NCBI GenBank assembly: GCA_030390025.1
Contig: CM059432.1
Location: forward strand, 75,952,001-76,016,000
Reading direction: 5' to 3'
From: Squalus acanthias
Taxonomy: Eukaryota
DNA: 64,000 nucleotides
Shown: piece after piece, positions 21,731-33,189 of the stretch
Position numbering within the stretch: the stretch's first letter is position 1
Layout of the letters: every line of letters starts with the position of its first letter
The notes under the pieces: generated by a model
Told to the model about the DNA's origin: nothing
Databases searched by the model: none
The model's input: the letters and a program-made list of their open reading frames with translations, nothing else
Translations under genes and position numbers: made by a program

Positions 21731-24643
21731 TCAGTACCCCATTCCTGCTTTCTCGCCATACCCCTTGATCCCCTTAGTTGTGAGTGTTATATCTAACTCC
21801 CTTTTGAATATATTTAGCGAACTGGCCTCAACAACCTTCTGTGGAAGAGAATTCCATAGATTCACCACTCTCTGGGTGAAGAAGTTCCTCCTCAGCTCAG
21901 TCCTAAATGGCTTCCCCTTAATCCTTAGACTGTGACCCCTGGTTCTAGTTTTCCCTACCATTGGGAACATTCTGCCCGCATCTAATTTGTCTAAACCAGT
22001 CAGGATTTTAAATGTCTCTATAAGATCCCCCCTCATTCTTCTGAACTCCAGAGGATACAAGTTCAGTTGACCCAATCTTTCTTGATATGTCAGTCCGGCC
22101 ATCCCAGGAATCAATCTAGTGAACCTTCGCTGCACTCCCTCAATAGCAAGAATGTCCTTCCTTAAGTTAGGAGACCAAAACTGCGCACAATACTCCAGGT
22201 GTGGCCTCACCAAGGCCCTGTACAACTGCAGCATCACCTCCCTACTCCTGTACTCAAATCCCCTTACTATGAAGGCCATCATTCCGTTTGCTTTCTTGAC
22301 TGCCTGCTGCACTTGCATTCCCACCTTCAGTGACTGATGTACCATGATGCCCAGGTCTCGTTGCACCTCCCCTTTCCTTAATCTGCCACCATTCAGGTAA
22401 TAGTCCGCCTCTCTATTTTTACCACCAAAGTGGATAACCTCACATTTATCCACATTGTACTTCATCTGCCATACATTTGCCCATTCACCCAACCTGTCCA
22501 AGTCACTCTGTAGCCTCCTAGCATCCTCCTCATTGTTCACACTGCCTCCCAATTTAGTGTCATCCGCAAATTTGGAGATATTACATTTAATCCCTTCGTC
22601 CAAATCATTAATATATAATGTAAACAGCTGGGGTCCCAGCACCGAACCCTGCGGTACCCCGCTGGTCACTGCCTGCCATTCTGAAAAGTACCCATTTACT
22701 CCTACTCTTTGTTTCCTGTGTGCCAACCAGTTCCCAATCCCATGTGCTTTAACTTTGCTCACCAATCTCTTGTGTGGGACCTTGTCGAAGGCCTTCTGAA
22801 AGTCCAAATACACCACATCTACTGGTTCCCCCCTGTCCACCCTATTGGAAACATCCTCAAAAAATCCCAGAAGATTTGTCAAGCATGATTTCCCTTTCAC
22901 AAATCCATGCTGACTTGGACCTATCATGTCGCCACTTTCCAAATGGTCTGTTATGACATCTTTAATAATTGCTTCCATCATTTTACCCACGACCGATGTC
23001 AGGCTGACCGGTCTATAATTCCCTGCTTTCTCCCTCCCTCCTTTTTTAAAAAGAGGGGTTACATTGGCCACCCTCCACTCCATCGGAACTGATCCAGAGT
23101 CTAAGGAATATTGGAAAATGATCGTCAATGCATCCACTATTTCCAAGGCCACCTCCTTAAGTACTCTGGGATGCAGACCATCAGGCCCCGGGGATTTTTC
23201 AGCCTTCAGTCCCATCAATTTCCCCAATACCTTTTCCCGACTAATAAGGATTTCCCTCAGCTCCTCCCTCTTACCAGATCCTCTGACCCCTTTTATTTCC
23301 AGCAGGTTGTGTGTGTCCTCCACAGTAAACACCGAACCAAAGTACTTGTTCAATTGATCTGCCATTTCCTTGTTCCCCATTACGACTTCCCCTGTTTCCG
23401 ACTGCAGGGGACCTACGTTTGTTTTTACTAACCTCTTTCTTTTTACATATTTATAGAAGCTTTTGCAGTCCATTTTAATGTTCTCTGCAAGCTTCCTTTC
23501 ATATTTTATTTTCCCTGCCCTAATCAAACCCTTCGTCCTCCTCTGCTGAGTTTTGAAGTTCTCCCAGTCCCCGGGTTTGCTGCTACTTCTGGCCACTTTG
23601 TATGCAACTTCCTTGGTTTTAATACTATCCCTGATTTCCCTTGTTAGCCATGGTTGAGCCACCTTCCCTTTTTTATTTTTACGCCAGACCGGGATGTACA
23701 ATTGTTGTAGTTCATCCATGCGATCTCTAAATGTCTGCCATTGCCCTTCCACTGATAGCCCCTTAAATATCGCTTGCCAATTTAACCTCGCCAATTCACG
23801 CCTCATACCCTCAAAGTTGCCCTTATTTAAGTTCTGGACCATGGTCTCTGACTTAACTGTTTCCTTCTCCATCCTAATGTAGAACTCCACCATACTATGG
23901 TCACTCTTCCCCAGGGGGCCTCGTACCACAAGATTGCTGATTAGTCCTTCCTCATTACACAACACCCAGTCCAGGATGGCCTCCCCTCGAGTTGGTTCCT
24001 CAACATATTGGTTTAGGAAACCATCCCTTAAACACTCCAGGAAATCCTCCTCCACCGTATTGCTTCCAGTTTGAGTAGCCCAATCTATATGCATATTAAA
24101 GTCACCCATGATAACTGCCGTGCCTTTTTTGCACGCACCTCTGATTTCCTGTTTCATACCCTCCCCCACCTCACTACTGCTGTTTGGAGGTCTGTACACA
24201 ACTCCCACTAACGTTTTCTGCCCTTTGGTGTTCTGCAGCTCAACCCATATTGATTCCACATCCTCCAAGCTGATGTCCTTCCTAGCTATTGCATTAATCT
24301 CCTCTTTAACCAGCAATGCTACCCCACCCCCTTTTCCTTTTATTCTATCCTTTCTGAATGTTGAATACCCCTGGATGTTCAGTTCCCATCCTTGATTGTT
24401 CTGGAGCCACGTCTCTGTAATCCCAATCACATCGTATCCGTTAACATCTATTTGCACAGTCAATTCATCCACCTTATTACGGATACTCCTTGCATTAAGA
24501 CACAGAGCCTTTAGGCTTGTTTTATTAACATCCTTTGTCCTTTTAGACTTATGATTTAGTATGGCCCTTTGTGTTTCTTGCCTTTGTTTACTCGGCCTTC
24601 CCCTATTGTTTCTCACCCTTCTAACATTTGTTTCTGACTGCAT
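21731..24643 (-). CDS. CR1 ORF2: apurinic endonuclease plus reverse transcriptase, 970 aa
   Basis: [56 protein letters not shown]. No stops. Confidence 0.95.
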   Translation of the reverse strand: MQSETNVRRVRNNRGRPSKQRQETQRAILNHKSKRTKDVNKTSLKALCLNARSIRNKVDELTVQIDVNGYDVIGITETWLQNNQGWELNIQGYSTFRKDRIKGKGGGVALLVKEEINAIARKDISLEDVESIWVELQNTKGQKTLVGVVYRPPNSSSEVGEGMKQEIRGACKKGTAVIMGDFNMHIDWATQTGSNTVEEDFLECLRDGFLNQYVEEPTRGEAILDWVLCNEEGLISNLVVRGPLGKSDHSMVEFYIRMEKETVKSETMVQNLNKGNFEGMRRELARLNWQAIFKGLSVEGQWQTFRDRMDELQQLYIPVWRKNKKGKVAQPWLTREIRDSIKTKEVAYKVARSSSKPGDWENFKTQQRRTKGLIRAGKIKYERKLAENIKMDCKSFYKYVKRKRLVKTNVGPLQSETGEVVMGNKEMADQLNKYFGSVFTVEDTHNLLEIKGVRGSGKREELREILISREKVLGKLMGLKAEKSPGPDGLHPRVLKEVALEIVDALTIIFQYSLDSGSVPMEWRVANVTPLFKKGGREKAGNYRPVSLTSVVGKMMEAIIKDVITDHLESGDMIGPSQHGFVKGKSCLTNLLGFFEDVSNRVDRGEPVDVVYLDFQKAFDKVPHKRLVSKVKAHGIGNWLAHRKQRVGVNGYFSEWQAVTSGVPQGSVLGPQLFTLYINDLDEGIKCNISKFADDTKLGGSVNNEEDARRLQSDLDRLGEWANVWQMKYNVDKCEVIHFGGKNREADYYLNGGRLRKGEVQRDLGIMVHQSLKVGMQVQQAVKKANGMMAFIVRGFEYRSREVMLQLYRALVRPHLEYCAQFWSPNLRKDILAIEGVQRRFTRLIPGMAGLTYQERLGQLNLYPLEFRRMRGDLIETFKILTGLDKLDAGRMFPMVGKTRTRGHSLRIKGKPFRTELRRNFFTQRVVNLWNSLPQKVVEASSLNIFKRELDITLTTKGIKGYGEKAGMGY

Positions 24644-24690
24644 ATTACTTCCCCCTGTTTCGCTACATAGGTTCCCATTCCCCTGCCATA

Positions 24691-25068
24691 TTAGTTTAAA
24701 TCCTCCCGAACTGCTTTAGCAAATATTACCCCGAGGACATCGGTTCCAGTCCTGCCCAAGTGCAGACCGTCCCTTTTGTACAGGTCCCACTTCCCCCAGA
24801 ACTGGTTCCAATGCCTCAGGAATTTGAATCCCTCCCTCCTGCACCACTGCTCAAGCCACGTATTCAATCTCACTATCCTGTTCTCTCTATTCTGATTAGC
24901 ACGTGGCCCTGGTAGCAATCCAGAGATTACTACCTTAGAGGTCCTACTTTTTAATTTAGCTCCTAGCTCCCTAAATTCTGCTTGTAGGACCTCTTCCCGC
25001 TTTTTACCTATATCGTTGGTACCTACATGCACCACGACAGCTGGCTGTTCACCCTCCCTCTTCAGAAT
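24691..25068 (-). CDS. CR1 ORF1 C-terminal SGNH/GDSL esterase domain (partial)
   Basis: VVVHVGTNDIG and DGLHL motifs directly upstream of ORF2. Confidence 0.85.
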   Translation of the reverse strand: MLKREGEQPAVVVHVGTNDIGKKREEVLQAEFRELGAKLKSRTSKVVISGLLPGPRANQNRENRIVRLNTWLEQWCRREGFKFLRHWNQFWGKWDLYKRDGLHLGRTGTDVLGVIFAKAVREDLN

Positions 25069-25069
25069 C

Positions 25070-26780
25070 CCTATCAATTCCATTCACAATCCTAAAAACC
25101 TCAATCAAATCGCCCCTTAACCTTCTATATTCCAGGAAATACGAGCCTAGATTATGTAATCTCTCCTCATAATCTAACCCTTGGAGCCTTGGTATCATTC
25201 TGGTGAATCTGTGCTGCACTCCTTCCAAGGCCAATATATCCTTTCTAAGGTGCAGTGCCCAGAACTGTACACAGTACTCCAGATGTGGTCTAACCAGGAC
25301 TTTGTATAGCTGTAGCACAACCTCCTCCCCTTTATATTACAGTTCTCTAGTTATAAAGGCTCACATTCTATTAGCCTTTTTGATTATTTTTGTACCTGAG
25401 TACTACATTTTAGTGATCTGTGTACACAGATATATCCCTAAATCTCTTTGGACCTCCACTGTTCCGAACATTTCACCATTTAAAAAATACTTGGATCTAT
25501 CCTTTTTGGTCCAAAATGGATGACCTCACATTTACCTGTGTTGAAATCCAAAGAGTTGCAAGAAGCAAGATTAGGAAGGCTAAGAATAAGTATGTTAGAA
25601 GATGGGCAATCAACATTAAGGAAAATAGCAAAGGATTTTGTAAACACATAAGAGGATAATGAAAGAAAAGACAGGACCATTTAAAGACAAAGGAGGACAA
25701 CTTGTACTTAAGATTGAGGAAATGGCAGAGGTACTTAATAAACACTTAGCCTTAATGTTTACAAAGGTGAGAAGTCGCACAACACCAGGTTATAGTCCAA
25801 CAGTTTTATTTGAAATCACAAGCTTTCGGAGCGGCTGCTCCTTCGTCAAATAAAACTGTTGGACTATAACCTGGTGTTGTGCAACTTCTCACATTTGTCC
25901 ACCCCAGTCCAACACCGGCATTTCCACATCATTAATGTTTACAGTGCAAGGTGAAAGTTGGACTGTAGGAATACCTGAGGAGGTGTGGAAGTGCCACTAC
26001 TGAAGAAAATATTCAAAAGGGCACTATTAAGAAACTGAATGGAATTAAAAGTAGAAAAGTTACCTGGCTCAAATAGCTTGCATACCAGAATACCGAATGA
26101 TGTTGAGGAGCAGATAGCACAGACCATAATTTTCAAAAATCTTTAGAAACCATAATAATGCCAAAGAATTGAAAGGTGGTAAGAAAAAGAGAATGAATGG
26201 TGCAGAAATTATAGACCAGTTTTACTTCAGTTAAAGGCAAAATTTTAGGTCCCGATTTTCCAACCCCCTTGCCCAGGTACTGAACAGGTGCAACACACCT
26301 AAAGTGCACTGCAGCTACCCTGGCATGACCATGCCTGAATTTGGTGCATCAGATCATTGGAACATAGGAACTGGAGTAGACCAATCAGCTCCTTAAGCCC
26401 CTCCCCCTCCATCCCTCATTCCAAGTAAAGGAGAGTTCTCGGGCTTCCCAGGGAACTCGCTTATTACACCCTTAAAAGACCACTGACTGGCAGAAGTAAG
26501 GTAATTGATCCTAAGCTGCTTCCTCCAAATTTTTGGAAAAATTATGGAAAGGAAAGGAGAGCAATCAGTCGTCGTGGTCCACATGGGAGACAATAATATA
26601 GGAAAAGAAAGGCCTGTAGTCCTGCAAAGGGAGTTTAGGAAACAGGCTTAGGAGCAGGATTTCAAGGGTGTTAATCTCTCAGATCACTCTCTCAGCCATG
26701 TATTAGAATGGGGAAGGACATGAAGATTAGGGAGCTCAACACATGGTTAAAAGGATGTTGTCAGGAAAAGGGTTTCTGTT
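25070..26780. mobile_element. Mosaic of decayed CR1 fragments on both strands
   Basis: Minus-strand RT C-terminus at 25070-25540; plus-strand ORF2 remnant at 25540-26250; ORF1 esterase remnant (VVVHMGDNNIG) at ~26545-26780. Confidence 0.65.
25764..25931. repeat. Penelope-derived foldback repeat with TSD
   Basis: ~47-bp near-perfect inverted arms (25767-25892); 12-bp TSD TTAATGTTTACA (25752-25763 and 25932-25943). Confidence 0.85.
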
Positions 26781-26784
26781 TTAA

Positions 26785-29087
26785 CATAGAAACATAGAAG
26801 ATAGGAGCAGGAGTAGGCCATTCGGCCCCTCGAGCCTGCTCCGCCATTTAATGAGATCATGGCTGATCATCCAAATTCAGTACCCTGTCCCTGCTTTCTC
26901 CCCATATCCCTTGATCCCTTTAGCCTTAAGAAATATATCTAACTCCTTCTTGAATATATTTAATGAATTGGCCTCAACTGCCTTCTGTGGTAGAGAATTC
27001 CACAGGTTCACCACTCTCTGGGTGAAGAAATTCCTCCTCATCTCAGTCCTAAATGGCTTACCCCTTATCCTTAGACTGTGACCCCTGCTTCTGGACTCCC
27101 CCGCCATCGGGAACAGCCTTCCTGCATCTAGTCTGTCTAGTCCTGTTAGAATTTTATAAGTTTCAATGAGATCCCCTCTCATTCTTCTAAACTCTGGTGA
27201 ATACAAGCCCAATCATCCCAATCTCTCTTCATACGTCATTCCTGCCATTCCAGGTATCAGTCTGGTGAATCTTCGTTGCACTCCCTCCATGGCAAGAACA
27301 TCCTTCCTCAGATAAGGCGACCAAAACTGCACACAATACTCAAGGTGTGGTCTCACCAAGGCCCTGTACAACTGCAGCAAGACATCCTTGCTCCTGTACT
27401 CGAATCCTCTCGCTATGAAGGCCAACATACCATTTGCCTTCTTAACCGCCTGCTGCACCTGCATGCTTACCTTCAACGACTGGTGCACAAGGACTCCCAG
27501 GTCTCGTTGCACTTCCCCTTTTCCCAATCTATTGCCGTTCAGATAATAATCTGCCTTCCTGTTTTTGCCACCAAAGTGGATAACCTCGCATTTATCCACA
27601 TTATACTGCATCTGCCATGCATCTGCCCAATCACCCAACTTGTCCAAATCATACTGGAGTTTCTCTGCATCCTCCTCACAACACACACGCCCACCCAGCT
27701 TTGTGTCATCTGCAAACTTGGAGATATTACATCTAGTTCCCTCGTCTAGATCATTAATATATATTGTGAATAACTGGGGTCCTAGCACCGATCCCTGCGT
27801 TACCCCACTAGTCACTGCCTGCCACTCAGAAAAAGACCCGTTTATTCCAACTCTTTGCTTCCTGTCTGCCAACCAGTTCTCTATCTAAGTCAGTACCTTA
27901 CCCCCAATCCCATGTGCTTTAACTTTGCACGCCAATCTCTTATACGGGACCTTATCAAAAGCCTTCTGAAAGTCCAAATACACCACATCCACTGGTTCTT
28001 CCTTATCTATTCTACCAGTTACATCCTCAAAAAATTCCAGTAGATTAGTCAAGCATGATTTACCTTTTGTAAATCCATGTTGACTTTGTCCAATCCTGTC
28101 ACTGTTTTCCAAGTGCTCTGCTATTACATCTTTTATAATGGAATCTAGCATTTTCCCCACTACCGATGTCAGGCTTACTGGTCTATAATTCCCCGTTTTC
28201 TCTCCCACCTTTTTTAAATAGTGGGGTTACATTAGCTACCCTCCAATCCATGGGAACTGTTCCAGAGTCTATAGAATTTTGGAAGATGACCAGCAATGCA
28301 TCTACTATTTCTCGGGCCACTTCCTTAAGTACCCTAGGATGTAGATTATCAGGCCCTGGGGATTTATCGGCATTCAATCCCATCAATTTCCCTAACACCA
28401 TTTCCCTACAAATACTGATTTCATTCAGTTCTTCCCTCTCATTAGACCCTATGTACCCCGACATCTCTGGGAGGTTATTTGTGTCCTCCTTTGTGAAGAC
28501 AGAACCAAAATATGTATTTAATTGGTCTGCCATTTCTTTGTTCCCCATTATAAATTCCCCTGATTCTGACTGCAAGGGACCTACGCTTGACTTCACCAAT
28601 CTTTTTCTCTTCACATATCTATAGAAACTTTTACAGTCAGTTTTTATGTTCCCTGCAAGCTTACTCTCGTACTCTATTTCCCCCCTCTTAATTAATCCCT
28701 TTGTCCTCCTTTGCTGAATCCTAAACTGTTCCCAATCCTCAGGTTTGCTGCTTTTTCTGGCCAATTTATATGTCTTCTCCTTGGATCTTATGCTGTTCCT
28801 AATTTCCCTTGATAGCCACGGTTGAGTCACCTTTTTTGTTTTATTTTTATGCCAAACAGGGATGAACAAATTCTGTAGTTCATCCATGCGATCTTTAAAT
28901 GTTTGCCATTGCCTATCCACCGTCAACCCTTTAAGTAACATTCCCCAATCCATCCTAGCCAATTCGCGCCTCATACCATCGTAGTTTCCTTTATTTAAAT
29001 TCGGGACCCTATTCTCTGGGTCAACTACTTCACTCTCCATCTTAATGAAGAATTCTATCATATTATGATCGCTCCTCCCCAAGGGAC
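26785..29087 (-). mobile_element. 5'-truncated CR1 LINE, ORF2 with few lesions
   Basis: Consecutive ORF2 segments at 26877-29082 with RT motifs; (TTCTATGT)n-type tail. Confidence 0.93.
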
Positions 29088-29229
29088 ATTTTATGGGACA
29101 TTGGCAGCAGTTCTGGAGAAGAGGGAAACTATTCCTCAGGACCCACTTCTTGCTCCCTCAACCCTATTCCCACTAAACTGCTGACCACCCAACTTCCTTT
29201 TCTAGCTCCCATGTTAGCTGACACTGTTA

Positions 29230-29806
29230 ATGGTTTGCTCCCCTCAGGTACTGTCCCCCTCCTTCAAATCTGCCGTCATCACCCCTCTCAAAAAAACAAC
29301 CCTTGATCCCTCCATCCTTGCAAACTACCACCCCATCTCCAACCTCCCTTTCCTCTCCAAAGTCCTTGAACGTGTTGTCACCTTCCAAATCCGTGTCCAT
29401 CTTTCCCGCAACTTCATGTTTGAATCCCTCCAATCCGGTTTCCACCCCTGCCACAGTATCGAAACGGCTCTCATCAAAGTCACAAATGACATCCTTTGTG
29501 ACTGTGACAAAGGTAAACTATCCCTCCTCGTCCTTCTTGACCTCTCTGCAGCCTTTGACACGGTTGACCACTCCATCCTCCTCCAATGTCTCTCCACCAT
29601 CATTCAGCTGGGTGGGACTGCATTTGCCTGGTTCCATTCTTATCTATCTAATCGTAGCCAAAAAATCACCTGCAACGGCTTCTCTTCCCACTTCCGCATC
29701 CTTACCTCTGGGGGTCCCCCAAGGATCTATCCTTGGCCCCCTCCTATTTCTCATCTATATTCTGCCCCTTGGTGACATCATCCAAAAACACAGCGTCATT
29801 TTCTAC
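29230..29806 (+). mobile_element. L2 LINE RT fragment (5' half of a broken copy)
   Basis: [42 protein letters not shown]; stops just before YADD at a Harbinger TIR. Confidence 0.9.
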
Positions 29807-30090
29807 GGGCTTGATTTTGCCAGCGCTCAAAGGACGGGTTTGGAGGCAGGTCAGGGGTCAAAATAGCAAAGATTGACAGCGGGCTTCCAACCCGCTGTCA
29901 ACCCGCCTCCACGCAAATCTCCCAGGTCTCGGGTCTGTCAGCGGAGCACTGACCCGACACCAAACGGCGGGGGAGACAATTGAGATCATTAAATGGCTTG
30001 TTAACAGCCAATTTAATGCTATTTTGAGGTTTCCTTCCAATTTTACGTGCTCCCCCACAGGTTATCTGCTGCTCGGGGAACACGCCAGCT
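29807..30090. mobile_element. Harbinger terminal fragment (transposase-side end)
   Basis: TIR GGGCTTGATTTTGCCA; subterminal sequence similar to the reverse complement of 55620-55910. Confidence 0.7.
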
Positions 30091-30736
30091 CACCCTGGCA
30101 TGAGTTGAGTCTGCTCTGATGTATCTGATATTTATCGCTACTTCTTTTCCCTTGATTTATTTTGTCCAAGCTAATACCTCGTTCCTTTACTTTAGTCTTT
30201 TCCCTGCTTATAACTGGATGATTAGTTTTTTCTCTTCTACTCCCTTTATTCTTTCTGCATGAAATCCTTTTTGCTGAATTCTTTTCCATTTATATATTTA
30301 CTTGTATATTACCATCTATTTCTATCTTCTCTACTTGCTCTTTCTGATTGCTTTTATTTCCCCTGTCCCTTCCTTACTCGTTTAAATGACACTTCATTTC
30401 CCTTTTTATCCATTTTGTCAGTTGATTAGCTCCCTTCCTGTTCACATGTAGACAATCTGAAGGGATATTTACTAGTCCTAGTCCCTTTAGGGCTACCCCG
30501 GATCAGGCGTATTTCTCAGACATTCACTTTCAACTAAAGTTTGAGGTAGCCAAATCCTAAAGACGCTTAATTGGGTCTAAAGGTCCGGACTATCTCTCCC
30601 TAAAGGAAAGGAACAACCTGAAAATGTTACCGTCCTCCAGATAGCACTTTTAATAAGTTTAGCTAGACTGTAACGTTCCGGATATTATGAGGGTCTGGAA
30701 AACTCCCCCAGAATTCTGCAACTCCTCACCAAAGAG

Positions 30737-31614
30737 TGTACAGAGATTGAGTTTGTGAGTTTTTGATACAGAAGTCTTATGTGACACAATCCTAAAAATA
30801 TATAGATTTATTAAAGAAACGACATGTTATTTACAGTTGGTGAGTCAATCGCAACATTAACAGTTCCAAAAAGAGAAAGCTTACAATCTTATTATCAGAG
30901 AACCTTACTTTCAAATCTTAACTTCGCTACAGTTTTACAGTTCTTTAAAGTCTGCAGGATATCCACCAAAATCAAATACCTTTGATCCCCGAGGTACAAA
31001 GAGTTGAAGACTTACAGAGCTGCCTCTGAAGCTGAGAATCGCTTTGCCCGATTAAAGCGAGTCTACTATCCCATTTGAGAGTTCAATATTTATACCCTTT
31101 TCCAGTGGTATTTCCTTTAAGATTTTCTACCGATGCAAGCTAATTATCTCTAGTCATTTTTCTGCTGACTTCTGCAATTCTTACTGCCAGACTCGTGTCT
31201 CATCTCGAGGTGTTCTAAATTTACCATATAAACAATGGTGTGACGGCAGGTGTTCCTTACTTTATGTCATCTGTACGAGGGCAGATGTTCCTTACTTTAT
31301 GTGCTTCTTTACGAAGTGTAAATTAGAACACCTTATCCAGGGTGAACCATTGCTTTTTTTCCCCCAAAGGTCAGCCTGTCGGAGCCCTTCACCTTCTGTT
31401 TCAATAAGGTTATTTATTCAGGGTCAACAACTACCTTATCTCAATAGCCAGAATGCTTTCACAGCTTTATCTCAATAGCCAGAATGCTTTCACAGCTATT
31501 TCATAGTTAGGTTTCTAGATTTCCAAACCCAGTTTGTCATGTTTTAATAAGGCCAGAATTCTTTCATAAGCTAGTGTATTTTTCTGAATAGGTTATATGG
31601 CTTATTCCTTCACA
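30737..31614 (-). mobile_element. ERV/LTR-retrotransposon-like LTR followed by a TGG-initiated PBS-like site
   Basis: Minus strand TG...CA; TATAAA at 31094-31089; AATAAA at 30812-30807; tandem repeats in the U3-like part; TGGTGAGGAGT begins 5 nt after the LTR (30731). Confidence 0.6.
31436..31497. repeat. Perfect 31-bp tandem duplication in the LTR U3-like region
   Basis: TTATCTCAATAGCCAGAATGCTTTCACAGCT x2. Confidence 0.95.
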
Positions 31615-31617
31615 AAT

Positions 31618-32586
31618 CAACAACAACAACTTGTATTTATATAGCACCTTTAACATAGTAAAACATCCCAAGGTGCTTCACAGGAGTGTTATAAGACAAA
31701 ACTTTGACACCGAGCCACATAAGAAGAAATTAGGGTAGATGACCAAAAGCTTGGTCAAAGAGGTAGGTTTTAAGGAACATCTTAAAGGAGGAAAGAGAGG
31801 TAAAGAGGCGCAGAGGTTTAGGGAGGGAGTTCCAGAACTTAGGGCCTAGGCAGCTGAAGGCACAGCCACCAATGGTTGAGCGATTATAATCAGGGATGCT
31901 CAAGAGGGCAGAATTAGAGGAGCGCAGATATCTCGGGGGGGGGGGGGTGGGGAGTGGTTGTGGGGCTGAAGGAAATTACAAAGATGGGGGGGGGGGGTGG
32001 AGTGGTGAAGCCATGGAGTGATTTGAAAACAAGGATGAGAATTTTGAAATCGAGGCGTTGCTTAACCGGGAGCCAATGTAGGTCAGCGAGCACAGGGGTG
32101 ATAGGTGAATGGGACTTGGTGCGAGTTAGGACATGGGCAGCCGAGTTTTGGATGACCTCAAGTTTACGTAGAGTAGAATGTGGGAGGCCAGCCAGGAGTG
32201 AATTGGAATAGTCAAGTCTAGAGGTAACAGAGGCATGGATGAGGGTTTCAGCAGCAGATGACCTGAGGTGAGGCAGAGATGGGCAATGTTGCGGAAATAG
32301 GCGGTCTTTGTTATGCCACAGATATGTGGTCGGAAGCTCATTTCAGGATGAAATATGACACCAAGGTTGCGAACAGTCTGGTTCAGCCTCAGACAGATGT
32401 TAGGGAGAGGGATGGAGATGATGGCGGGGCCCGAAGACAATGGCTTCGGTCTTCCCAATATTTAATTGGAGAAAATTTTTGCTCATCTAGTACTGGATGT
32501 CGGACAAGCAGTATGTCAATTTAGAGACCGTGGAGGGGTCGAGAGAAGTGGTGGTGAGGTAGAGCTGGGTGTCGTCAGCATACATG
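31618..32586 (-). mobile_element. L2 LINE 3' half with (TTG)n tail
   Basis: Begins at MYADD, continues through the ORF2 C-terminus and 3' UTR, and ends in caacaacaac on the plus strand. Confidence 0.88.
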
Positions 32587-33186
32587 GGGCTGGATTTCCT
32601 CTGCGGTGGCGGGATATCTGGTTGCCGGGTTCCGGTCCCTGCTACCGGCTGCAGCCGCTCTGTTAAAGGGAATTTCCCTTGATTGGCCTGGTTAAGCCCG
32701 CCTTACAGGCTTCCCAGGCCAATTAACAGGAAGTGGGTCTGATGACATCATTTGATGACGCGTCATCAGCCGGTTTCCTTAAAGGGACCGCGGCCACATT
32801 GAGTTTGACAGTTGTTCTCTCAGTGTTTTACAGCATTGAGGTGCTGCAAACACTGACAGGCACAGCAAAAAGGTGAGCAGTTGCACCCAGGCTCTCCAAT
32901 GACAGCACGCAGGAAGGTTCTCATCTGCAACAAAGCACCCCCCCTTTAAATAGTGCAGAGCCTCGGCCAAACATTATTGGCCATTAGACTGCACCCGATA
33001 TTGGCCTCCCCTGCTGTGTGCTAAGCCAATCAGCAGCGTGTTTAGCGCTGAGTACAGCGCTCCAATCATTGTAATGAGCAGGCAGCACCAATTTTGGGTG
33101 CTGCCTGGACCACTTTCAACGGCTGCAGGTAAATAGCGCTGGCCTGTGACACTGCCCGTTTTCGGGCCTAATCCAATTTCTAGGCC
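32587..33186. mobile_element. Composite of two Harbinger ends
   Basis: Left TIR GGGCTGGATTT with Myb-side subterminal sequence and an APRLSND remnant; the right TIR (GGCCTAGAAATTGG) is of a different type. Confidence 0.65.
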
Positions 33187-33189
33187 ATA

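Larger units (their letters stand above)
21632..25068 (-). mobile_element. Young CR1 LINE, 5'-truncated within ORF1
   Basis: ORF1 esterase C-terminus, open ORF2, and a (TTCTATGT)n tail at ~21632-21655. Confidence 0.95.

Noticed and set aside
22119..24395. Numerous plus-strand ORFs of 60-115 aa
   Set aside because: Antisense shadows of the CR1 ORF2; the same applies to ORFs opposite other LINEs.
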